64,000 nucleotides of DNA from an uncultured bacterium (GTDB lineage Bacteria; Acidobacteriota; Thermoanaerobaculia; Multivoradales; JAHEKO01), in NCBI GenBank assembly GCA_905479655.1, contig CAJQNK010000123.1:26553-90552 (forward strand), in the 5' to 3' direction. Made by a program: the position numbers and the translations under genes. The notes under the pieces were generated by a model that did not search any database, was not told the DNA's origin, and saw nothing but the letters and a program-made list of their open reading frames with translations. This document shows positions 1 through 8,039 of the stretch, one piece after another (within the stretch, counting starts at the first letter, position 1; each line of letters begins with the position of its first letter).

Positions 1-1639
1 AGATGGGCCAGGGGCCGCCGAAGGCGGCGAAGATGGCGCCCGCCACCAGGCAGAAGCCTCCGAACAGCGTCCCCCGCAAGCCCGCGAAGGGGTTTTCCGC
101 GGGTCCCCGCGTGCTCTGCTCCAGGAGGCGCAGGCCCTCGCTGATGAGCATCGGCACCTTGACCAGGCTGTCGAGGAGCTCCGGCGCTCCGCGCAGGCTC
201 TCCCGCGCCACCTTCAGGGGCGCGAACCGCTCGAGCAGGATGCGGTTGATGTGCCGCTTCGAGACCTGGGCCACGTCGAAGCCGGGGAGCAGGATCTGGC
301 CCACCCCCTCGAAGGTCACCAGGGCCTTCACCATCAAGACCATCTCCACCGGGAAGTACATCCGGTACTGGCCCCCCTTGGCCACCGAGCGCATGACGAG
401 CTGGCCGAGGGAGAAGTCGTGGAAGCTGGGCCCGCGGGACCAGCGGCGGCAGATGTCCTCGACGTCGCGGCGGAAACCCTTGGGGTCCGAGCCCGGGCCG
501 GACTGCGCCAGCCCGGCCAGGTAGCGGGCGGCGCTCTCCGCGTCCCCCATGACGAGGCAGTAGTAGTAGTAGAGCAGGGAGCGTTTCAGGTCCTCGTCGA
601 AGCGTCCCACCATCCCGAGGTCGATGAAGGCGCAGCGGGGCCCCGGCAGGATCAGCAGGTTGCCGGGGTGGAGATCGGCGTGGAAGAAGCCGTCCCGGTA
701 GAGCATCCGGATGATCGCCTCGGCCCCGAGGTCGACGAGCCTCTCGCGGTCCTCCCGGGCGAGGGTCATGACCCGCGGGTCGTCCGGCTTGATCCCCTCG
801 ATGTACTCCATGCACAGGAGGTTGCGGGTGCTGTGCTCGCGGAAGACCTTCGGGAAGACGACCTCCGGCAGGTCGCCGAAGTTGGCGGCGAAGGTCTCGG
901 CGTTGTCCGCCTCGAGGACGAGATCGGCCTCGCGCAACGTGTAGTCGCAGAACTCGCGCAGGATCCTGCGTGGCTGGAAGCGCGCCAGGAACAGCTCGAG
1001 GAGGCCGCCGAACATGCGCAGGAGGAGGGTGTCGACCTGCAGCAGCTCCCGGATTCCCGGCTTGACGACCTTCAACAGCACCCGCCGTCCGTCGTGGGTC
1101 GTCGCGAGATGGGTCTGCCCGATCGAGGCGGAGCCGAGGGGCCGGGGGTGGACGTAGGTGAAGACCTCTTTGATCGGGCAGCCGAGCTCCGCCTCGAGCT
1201 GCTCTTCGACCTGCTCGAAGGGCACGGCCGGCAGGCGATCGAGCAGGTTCTTCAGCTCTTCGGTGACCTCCCGCGGCAACAGGTCCTCGCGCAGGCTCAG
1301 GATCTGGCCGAGCTTGATGTACGTCGGCCCCAGCCGCTCGAACCGGACCCGCAGTTGCACCGGCAGCGGCTTCTTCTTGAGCTTCCTGTCCACCAGTAGC
1401 CCGGGCCAGAAGATCAGGAAGCGCAGGAGGGCCACGCGCAGGCGGCGGCGCTGGAGACGGGGCAGCGAGCGCAGGTGGGAGGCGAGGCCCCCCAGGGCCA
1501 GGCCGAGGAAGTGTCGCCAGGTCGTGAGCAGCCGGCGCACGGGTCCCGGCGGCAGGCGCCGCCGGGTCACCTCGAGGGTCTCGATCTCCTCGCGCCCCTC
1601 GCGCGAGGGCGGGTCGACCGGCCGGGGTCCGGCGTTCAT
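1..1639 (-). CDS. ABC1/AarF/UbiB-family atypical protein kinase (3' end runs off window)
   Basis: Absent from the ORF track; translated by hand from ATG 1639: ERLGPTYIKLGQILS, LGSASIGQTH, KVVKPG, DGFFHADLHPGN, FIDLGMVG, and a C-terminal hydrophobic helix at the window edge. An in-frame upstream ATG exists at 1774. Confidence 0.9.
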   Translation of the reverse strand, partial: MNAGPRPVDPPSREGREEIETLEVTRRRLPPGPVRRLLTTWRHFLGLALGGLASHLRSLPRLQRRRLRVALLRFLIFWPGLLVDRKLKKKPLPVQLRVRFERLGPTYIKLGQILSLREDLLPREVTEELKNLLDRLPAVPFEQVEEQLEAELGCPIKEVFTYVHPRPLGSASIGQTHLATTHDGRRVLLKVVKPGIRELLQVDTLLLRMFGGLLELFLARFQPRRILREFCDYTLREADLVLEADNAETFAANFGDLPEVVFPKVFREHSTRNLLCMEYIEGIKPDDPRVMTLAREDRERLVDLGAEAIIRMLYRDGFFHADLHPGNLLILPGPRCAFIDLGMVGRFDEDLKRSLLYYYYCLVMGDAESAARYLAGLAQSGPGSDPKGFRRDVEDICRRWSRGPSFHDFSLGQLVMRSVAKGGQYRMYFPVEMVLMVKALVTFEGVGQILLPGFDVAQVSKRHINRILLERFAPLKVARESLRGAPELLDSLVKVPMLISEGLRLLEQSTRGPAENPFAGLRGTLFGGFCLVAGAIFAAFGGPWPI

Positions 1640-1831
1640 GCGAGCACCTGCCCCGGGGGCGTGCGTCGAAGACGACCGAGCGCCCAGGCCCGCGGCGCGG
1701 TTCGAAGTCGACGGGCGCTCGGGTGCCGAAGCTCCCGACGCCGATGGATGCGGCCAGACCCGATCACGGGGCATCTCTCCAGCCGCTGCCCCGCCGGCTC
1801 GGTACCAGCGCCGGGCGACGGCTCGACAAGT

Positions 1832-2869
1832 CTACTCCGAGCGCTCGATCCCCGGCCCCGCCCGAAGGACCAGGGAAGACCAGTGAAAGCCCGCTCCGAA
1901 GGCGGTGAGGAGGACCCGGTCTCCGGCGTGCAGCCGACCTTCCGAACGGGCCTGGTCGAGGGCCAGGGGTACCGAGGCGGAGCCGGTGTTGCCGTACTCC
2001 TGGACGTTGACGAAGACCCGCTCCTCGTCGATCTCGAGGGCGCGAGAGACGGCGCGGAGGATCCTCAGGTTGGCCTGGTGGGGTACCAGCAGGTCGACCT
2101 CGTCGATCGACAGTCCCGCGGCGGCCAGCGCCCGGCGCGAGGAGTCGGCCATCCTGCGGACCGCCTCGCGGAAGACCTCGCGACCGCGCATCACGACGCG
2201 CTGGTGGTCTCCGCGCTGCGCTCCCTCGACGCTGAACGGCAGGCGCGTGCCCCCGGCCTCGAGCGACAGGATGTCGGCTCGCGAGCCGTCGGTGCCGGCG
2301 TCCGAGGAGAGGATCTCGCCGACCCGGCCCCCCTTGGATACGACCGTCGCTCCCGCCGCGTCTCCGAACAGGACGCACGTCTCGCGGTCGTTCCAGTTCA
2401 TGAGACGGCTCAGCAATTCGACCCCGACCACCAGGATCCGCCGATCCGGGTAGGCGGCGACCCGGGACCGGGCCACGTCGACGGCCTGGAGGAAGCCGGC
2501 GCAGCCCGAGCCGGCGAGGTCGTAGGCGGGCACCTCGCCGAGGCCGAGACGCTCCTGGAGGAAGGCGGAGGTGTCGGGGATGTAGACCTCCGGCGTGTCC
2601 GTCGCCACCACGATCTCGCCGATCTCCGACGGCTCCAGTCCGGCGTCGGTCAGCGCGGCGCGGGCGGCCGCCTCGGCGAGGTCGAGTGTCGTCTGGTCGG
2701 CCGCGGCGAAGCGTCGCCGTTCGATTCCGGTGCGCTCCACGATCCAGTCGTGGCTCGTGTCGACCCTGCGAGCCCACTCCTCGTTGGTGAAGATCCGCTC
2801 GGGCACGTAGGAGCCGAGGCCGGCCAAGCCGATGCCCTGCGGCCCGGATGGGGCCTTTGGCTGCAGCAT
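1832..2869 (-). CDS. fabH: 3-oxoacyl-ACP synthase III (KAS III)
   Basis: DTSHDWIVERTGIERRR, catalytic Cys in GCAGF, LFGDAAGA, PHQANLRI, YGNTGSAS, FGAGF. Confidence 0.93.
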   Translation of the reverse strand: MLQPKAPSGPQGIGLAGLGSYVPERIFTNEEWARRVDTSHDWIVERTGIERRRFAAADQTTLDLAEAAARAALTDAGLEPSEIGEIVVATDTPEVYIPDTSAFLQERLGLGEVPAYDLAGSGCAGFLQAVDVARSRVAAYPDRRILVVGVELLSRLMNWNDRETCVLFGDAAGATVVSKGGRVGEILSSDAGTDGSRADILSLEAGGTRLPFSVEGAQRGDHQRVVMRGREVFREAVRRMADSSRRALAAAGLSIDEVDLLVPHQANLRILRAVSRALEIDEERVFVNVQEYGNTGSASVPLALDQARSEGRLHAGDRVLLTAFGAGFHWSSLVLRAGPGIERSE

Positions 2870-2875
2870 CGGCGG

Positions 2876-2884
2876 AGCATAACA
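2876..2884 (-). promoter_or_regulatory. Extended -10 element (TGTTATGCT) 6 nt upstream of fabH ATG; probable leaderless promoter
   Basis: Minus strand reads TG-T-TATGCT-ccgccg-ATG with no Shine-Dalgarno. Confidence 0.5.
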
Positions 2885-2908
2885 ACGGCCCGACGGCCGA
2901 GCGGGCTC

Positions 2909-3916
2909 TCAGCTCTCGCCCGAGGGGTCCGCGACGGCCACGACCCGGTCGCTCCAGGCCAGACGCCGCCGTCCCGCCTCCTTCGCCCGGTACAGCGCCA
3001 GGTCGGCTCGTTCCAGCAGTCGCTCCCAGGGCTCGTCGGCCGCGGCCCGAGCGCCTCCCATGCTCACCGTGACGACCACGGGCCGGCCTGCCGTCTCCGG
3101 CCGCAGGCCGCCCAGGGCCTCGAGCAGGGCGCGCGCCCGCAGGACGGCCTCCCGCTCGCCCAGGCCCGGCAGGACCACCGCGAACTCGTCTCCCCCCAGG
3201 CGCGCGGCGATGTCGTCGGCCCGAACGGCGCCCCGGAGCGCCTCCGCGACGAGGCGCAGCACCTGGTCGCCGAAGGCGTGCCCCCAGCGGTCGTTGATCG
3301 CCTTGAAGCGATCGACGTCCACGACGACGAGCGCGAGACTGCGCCCGGGCTCGTCCTCCCGCGCCCGATCCAGCAGGGCTCGGAGGCCGCGGCGGTTGGC
3401 GAGCCCGGTGAGCTCGTCGGTGAGCGCGAGGGCGTGGTGCTGGTCGCGCTCGCGGCGGGTGCGGCGCAGCGAGCCGAGCGTTCGCTCGAGCTCGGTGTTG
3501 CGCGCCCGCAGGTCGTCGATCAGCCGGCGCTCGGAGATCACCAGATAGGCGCAGCAGCGGCGCAGGACACGGAGCAGCACCTGCGGACTCTCGGCCTCCA
3601 GTCGCTCGATGCTGGAGGGGCCGAGCTCGCGGACGGTGCAACCCACCCCGGCCGCCGCATCGGCGGTGCGGCGGTGGGAGCCCAACACCAGGGCGAGCTC
3701 CCCGAACAGCTCGCCGGCCGCGAGCCGCTTCTCGTGCTTCTCGGCGCCGAAGCGCAGGACGACCTCTCCCCCCTCCACGACGAACATGGAATCGCCGTCG
3801 TCGCCGCGGCGGAAGAGGGGCTCGCCGGGCTCGAGATCGCGGGCGACGCCGAGACGGCCGAGAGTGTCGAGAACGTCCGGCGCGAGGCGCAGGTCGGGAG
3901 CTCCGTCAGTGGACAT
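2909..3916 (-). CDS. Cyclic-nucleotide-binding domain + GGDEF diguanylate cyclase
   Basis: LFRRGDDGDSMFVVEGGEV and GELFGELAL..RRTADA (cNMP domain); DELTGLANRR, DVDRFKAINDRWGHAFGD, RADD I-site, RLGGDEF. Confidence 0.92.
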   Translation of the reverse strand: MSTDGAPDLRLAPDVLDTLGRLGVARDLEPGEPLFRRGDDGDSMFVVEGGEVVLRFGAEKHEKRLAAGELFGELALVLGSHRRTADAAAGVGCTVRELGPSSIERLEAESPQVLLRVLRRCCAYLVISERRLIDDLRARNTELERTLGSLRRTRRERDQHHALALTDELTGLANRRGLRALLDRAREDEPGRSLALVVVDVDRFKAINDRWGHAFGDQVLRLVAEALRGAVRADDIAARLGGDEFAVVLPGLGEREAVLRARALLEALGGLRPETAGRPVVVTVSMGGARAAADEPWERLLERADLALYRAKEAGRRRLAWSDRVVAVADPSGES

Positions 3917-4255
3917 CGGGCGGGTGGCCGGGTGGGGAAGGTGGAACAGGGGACGAGCGCTGTCGAGCGAGAGGTCGTGCGGGCGTCGGGTCGTTGGTCC
4001 GGGAGGCGGCCTCGACTATACTCCGCGCTTCGGGAGGAAGGTCACCCGGAGGGCCGCGCCAGGGGTGCCCCATGGGATCGATCGAGCCGGTGCGGGGCCG
4101 AGGGACGCCGAGGAGCGACCCGGGGCGGCTCCGCCCGGACGGACGCGATCCGGGGCGGGAGTCGCGGCTCGTTCCTCGAGGGACCTCCGGAGCCTACGGA
4201 CCGTCCTTCGAGCCTCCCTCTTGTCCACTGCGGTCATTTGAACCGAGGAGATTCC

Positions 4256-5905
4256 ATGTCGGAGCGACCCAACTCCATCTGCCCATCCGGAGAGAGCTTC
4301 CCCCTGCCGGACGTCGACGACTACCACGCAGAGTTCGAGCGTCTGAAGGCGCTCGCCACCGAGAATCGCCGACAGGGACGCGAGGTCGTCGTCGTCGTGG
4401 GCGTCGGCTTCGTCGGCGCCGTGATGGCCGCCGTGATCGCCGATGCGGAGCACGAAGACGGGACCCCATCCAAGTTCGTCCTGGCCATGCAGCGGCCCAG
4501 CGTGCGCAGCTACTGGAAGATCCCGCTGCTCAACCGCGGTCTCTCGCCGGTCAAGGCCGAGGATCCGGAGGTCGACGAGATGATCCAGCGCTGCGTCGTC
4601 GACAAGAGGACGCTGGTGGGCACGTTCACCCACGAGGCGCTGCGCCTGGCCGACGTCGTCGTGGTCGACGTCCAGTGCGACTATCTCAAGGAGGAGTTGG
4701 GGAACGTGCGCAACGGCGCCGCGGATCTCGAGGCGCTCAAGGCCTCCATGGCGACGATCGCCGAGAACGTCGAGCCGGACGCCCTGGTCCTGATCGAGAC
4801 GACGGTCCCGCCGGGCTTCACCGAGAACGTGGCGTTCCCGATCATGAAGCAGATCTTCGACCATCGGGGCATCCTGTCGGATCCGCTGCTCGCCCACAGC
4901 TACGAGCGCATCATGCCGGGCCGCCAGTACGTCTCGTCGGTGCGTGACTTCTGGCGGGTCGCGAGCGGCAACAACGCCGAGGCGCGGGAGCGGGTGACCA
5001 CCTTCCTGCAGGAGGTCCTGAACACCGAGGAGTACCCGCTGACGGTCCTCGACCGGCCGCTCGAGTCCGAGACCGCCAAGATCATCGAGAACAGCTACCG
5101 CGCGACGCTCCTGGCCTTCATGGACGAGTGGTCGACCTTCGCCGAGCGCCAGGGGATCGACCTGCGGAAGGTGATCGAGGCGATCAAGGTGCGGCCCACG
5201 CACTCGAACATCATGTTCCCCGGCCCCGGCGTCGGCGGCTACTGCCTGCCGAAGGATGGCGGCCTCGGCGTGTGGGCCAACCAGCACATCCTCGACGACG
5301 AGGACGGTCCCTTCCGCATCACGCCGATCGCGATCGACATCAACGACCGGCGGGGCCTCCGGGTGCCGATCCTGGCGGAGGAGGGTCTGGCGGCGTTGGG
5401 GCGCTCGATCTCCGGAGCCGAGGTGGCGGTCCTGGGGGCGGCCTACCGCGAGGACGTCGGCGACACCCGCTACAGCGGCTCGGAGATGGTGGTGCGCAAG
5501 CTCGCGGAGATGGGCGCTCGAGTGCGGGTGCACGACCCGTATGTCGAGTCCTGGGCCGAGTTCGAGACCCAGGACACCTACCCCCAGTCCCGCCACAGCT
5601 GGGCCCGTTTCTTCGACGGGCAGGAGGGCCTCTCCGAGCTCGTGGTGCAGTCCGATCTCGACGCGGTGCTGAAGGGCGCGGACGTTGTCGTCCTGGCCGT
5701 GCGGCACCAGGCCTACCTCGACCTCCAGCCGGACGACATGGTGCGCCGGGTCGGCCAGCCCTTCGCCGTGGTCGACTGCTTCTGCATCCTGTCCGACGCG
5801 GGGATCAGCCGTCTCTTCGAGGCCGGTTGCGAGGTTCGGGGTCTCGGCCGCGGTCACGTCCACCGGTTGCGCGACGAGGTCCGGCGGCGGGCGGAGGAGA
5901 GTTAG
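4256..5905 (+). CDS. UDP-glucose/GDP-mannose-family nucleotide-sugar dehydrogenase
   Basis: Real gene is the 3' part of ORF 1475..5905; GAGGAG RBS before ATG 4256; VVGVGFVG, IETTVPPG, GPGVGGYCLPKD, GAAYREDVGDTRYS. Confidence 0.9.
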   Translation: MSERPNSICPSGESFPLPDVDDYHAEFERLKALATENRRQGREVVVVVGVGFVGAVMAAVIADAEHEDGTPSKFVLAMQRPSVRSYWKIPLLNRGLSPVKAEDPEVDEMIQRCVVDKRTLVGTFTHEALRLADVVVVDVQCDYLKEELGNVRNGAADLEALKASMATIAENVEPDALVLIETTVPPGFTENVAFPIMKQIFDHRGILSDPLLAHSYERIMPGRQYVSSVRDFWRVASGNNAEARERVTTFLQEVLNTEEYPLTVLDRPLESETAKIIENSYRATLLAFMDEWSTFAERQGIDLRKVIEAIKVRPTHSNIMFPGPGVGGYCLPKDGGLGVWANQHILDDEDGPFRITPIAIDINDRRGLRVPILAEEGLAALGRSISGAEVAVLGAAYREDVGDTRYSGSEMVVRKLAEMGARVRVHDPYVESWAEFETQDTYPQSRHSWARFFDGQEGLSELVVQSDLDAVLKGADVVVLAVRHQAYLDLQPDDMVRRVGQPFAVVDCFCILSDAGISRLFEAGCEVRGLGRGHVHRLRDEVRRRAEES

Positions 5906-5933
5906 CGAACGGTCGCCCTGGTAGGCTCGTACC

Positions 5934-7577
5934 GTGCGGAGGCCCCGGAGAGGTAGCGCAGCGGTTGTGAGGTGGATCCGGGGCTGCGTCTGGATCGCGC
6001 TGGCGCTCGTTGCGGCCGGCGCCGCGGCGGAGCCTTGGCCGTCGCCCATCCTCGGCGACGGTCCGCTGGGGCGTTGGGCACGACCCCGCGTCCTGCGGGA
6101 CGCCCCGGTGCCGGTGCCGTCGCCGCCGGGCGATCTCTGGACCCCGTCCGGGCCCCCGGGGCCTCCCGGGCCACCGCAGCCACCCCCGGGCCCCGTGCCG
6201 CCCCCCGGTCCGGCGCCACCGCCCGGTCCGGGGGGCGACCCGCCGCCCGGCGCGCTGCCGGCGTTTCCCGGAGCCGAGGGGTTCGGCGCCACGACGCCGG
6301 GTGGGCGAGGGGGGAAGACCCTCTTCGTCACCCAGCTGGGGGATTCCGGCCCCGGCTCGCTGCGGGAGGCGCTGCGGACCGCCGGCCCGCGGACGATCGT
6401 CTTCCGGGTCGCCGGGGTGATCCGGCTGACGAGCCCCGTCTACCTGGGGGGCGCCCCGGCGGAGCCGGCGACGCCGGAGGAGCACAGCTTCGTCACCGTG
6501 GCGGGCCACTCGGCTCCCGGCGGCGGGGTCACGATCGCCGACGGCTCGCTCATTCTGCGCAACGGGGTTCACGACGTCGTGCTCCGGCACCTGCGCTTCC
6601 GCAACGCCCGGCGGTCGATCGACGCCGAGCCGCGCTCACCCGGGGACGGGATCGACCTGCAGACGGCCTCGCGGGTGGTGGTCGACCACTGCTCGTTCTC
6701 CTGGGCGACCGACGAGAACTTCAGTGCCGAGCGGTTCGTCAACCGGGACGTCACCGTGCAGTTCAGCCTGGTGGCGGAGGGTCTGGCCGACGGGGGACAC
6801 GAGGCCGGCGTCCATAGCCGGGGGATGAACCTCAGCCGCGGCGCGGACCGCTTCTCCGTGCATCACAATCTCTTCATCGCCAACAACATGCGCAACCCGC
6901 ACCTGAACGGCTGCAACGGCAACCCGGCTTGCGCGCTGAACCCCGAATGGTCCGTGGCGCCGGTCTTCGACGTGCGCCACAACGTCGTCTACAACTGGTC
7001 GCGCCGGGCGAGCCACCTGTCGTTCGGAGCGCGGGCGAACCTCGTCGGCAACCTCTACCTCCCGGGCCCCTCGACGCCGAGGGGATCGCCGCCGATCTAC
7101 TTCCAGGACTCGGACCGGGGAACGGAGGCGTGGGTCGAGGGCAACGCCAGCGAGGCTCTCCCCGGGGCGCCGCAGGTGGATCTGGTGGGCTTCATGGAGC
7201 CTCCCCTCACGGGTCTGCTCCCGGCGCCGATCCCGGCGCCGTTCGTCTCGCCGACGCCGGTCGAGCTCCTGGAGGAGCTCGTGGCGGACGCCGTGGGCGC
7301 CCTGCCCCGCGACTCGGTCGACCTGAGACTGCTCTCCGACCTCGCCGAGCGTCGGGGCGCCTCCGGAGCCCCGGGGCGGACCCACGACACGCCCCTGCCG
7401 ACGCCGACGCTCGGTACGCCCTACGAGGACACCGACCAGGATGGCATGGAAGACGCCTGGGAGCGGGTCCAGGGTCTGGATCCCCTGGACCCGGCGGACG
7501 GGGTGGGGGATCTGGACGGAAACGGGTACTCGAACCTGGAGGAGTTCCTGGAGAGCCTGATCCAGCCGACGGCCTGA
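5934..7577 (+). CDS. Secreted pectate lyase-like (PL1-type) protein with Pro/Gly-rich linker and C-terminal Ca-binding repeats
   Basis: Signal peptide; PPGPPGPP linker; LPAFPGAEGFGATTPGGRGG, DSGPGSLREA, VDHCSFSWATDE, RNP, DTDQDGMEDAWE..DLDGNGYSNLEEFL. Start may be GTG 5967. Confidence 0.85.
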   Translation: MRRPRRGSAAVVRWIRGCVWIALALVAAGAAAEPWPSPILGDGPLGRWARPRVLRDAPVPVPSPPGDLWTPSGPPGPPGPPQPPPGPVPPPGPAPPPGPGGDPPPGALPAFPGAEGFGATTPGGRGGKTLFVTQLGDSGPGSLREALRTAGPRTIVFRVAGVIRLTSPVYLGGAPAEPATPEEHSFVTVAGHSAPGGGVTIADGSLILRNGVHDVVLRHLRFRNARRSIDAEPRSPGDGIDLQTASRVVVDHCSFSWATDENFSAERFVNRDVTVQFSLVAEGLADGGHEAGVHSRGMNLSRGADRFSVHHNLFIANNMRNPHLNGCNGNPACALNPEWSVAPVFDVRHNVVYNWSRRASHLSFGARANLVGNLYLPGPSTPRGSPPIYFQDSDRGTEAWVEGNASEALPGAPQVDLVGFMEPPLTGLLPAPIPAPFVSPTPVELLEELVADAVGALPRDSVDLRLLSDLAERRGASGAPGRTHDTPLPTPTLGTPYEDTDQDGMEDAWERVQGLDPLDPADGVGDLDGNGYSNLEEFLESLIQPTA

Positions 7578-7728
7578 GCCGATTTGCGCCGACTCGCCCT
7601 AGCTAGCCGCGCTGCGGCAAGAGGGCCAGGAAGGGGTGGGCGGCGTCCGTCCCGCGACGCGATGGCGGCTGCGAACTCCGCCTCCGCCGCTTCGCGGCAG
7701 GATTTCCCGGAGAGATCCCGAACGATCG

Positions 7729-7758
7729 CTTGTGAATTTCGTCACAAGGTCGTATACT
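7729..7758 (+). promoter_or_regulatory. Sigma70 promoter (TTGTGA-17 bp-TATACT) overlapped by palindromic operator CTTGTGA-N6-TCACAAG (Rex/CRP-type)
   Basis: -35 at 7730-7735, -10 at 7753-7758, exact 17-bp spacer; palindrome 7729-7748. Confidence 0.75.
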
Positions 7759-7764
7759 GCGTTC

Positions 7765-7987
7765 AACAAGGAGCTCAGAGAGTTCCATGACGAGAACCGA
7801 CAGGAGGTCTCTCTCACCCACGCAGTTCCTTCCAACGCAGGACGGAGGCGCCTCGCGCTTCCGACCCACCGACACCATCCTGCCTGATTCCCCTTTACCA
7901 GGGGTAAATCCGAGACTTCCCACCACCTAGGCAGGGACCTCCATTCTCGCCTTGCGGGGCCGCGATTCGTCGCGGCCTTTGCCTTTT
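7765..7987 (+). ncRNA. Candidate structured small RNA (family not recognised)
   Basis: Own promoter and terminator; nested helices 7791-7796/7944-7949, 7803-7812/7933-7942, 7837-7842/7878-7883, 7843-7851/7855-7863, 7890-7894/7900-7904; C/A-rich linkers; no credible CDS. Confidence 0.6.
7958..7987 (+). terminator. Intrinsic terminator
   Basis: GGCCGCGA-TTCG-TCGCGGCC followed by TTTGCCTTTT. Confidence 0.75.
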
Positions 7988-8039
7988 GAGGGCCGGCCGG
8001 CGCGCGCGTCGTCCGGCCCTCTTCGTGTCCGCCCGCCGC

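Noticed and set aside
3..1399. Plus-strand ORFs 3..524 and 251..1399
   Set aside because: Antisense shadows of the minus-strand ABC1 kinase
1475..4255. N-terminal ~930 aa of the 1476-aa ORF as a giant fusion
   Set aside because: Stop-free antisense of fabH and the GGDEF gene in high-GC DNA; the real gene starts at 4256 with an RBS
6100..6255. Pro/Gly-rich repeat as a collagen-like or DNA repeat element
   Set aside because: Short, imperfect low-complexity linker inside the lyase CDS
7787..7930. 47-codon ORF MTRTDRRSLSPTQF... (and ORFs 7636..7887, 7603..7926)
   Set aside because: Many codons atypical for this genome (TTA, GTA, AGA, TCT, TCA, CCA), poorly spaced RBS and no motif; RNA structure explains the region better, though it is not fully excluded
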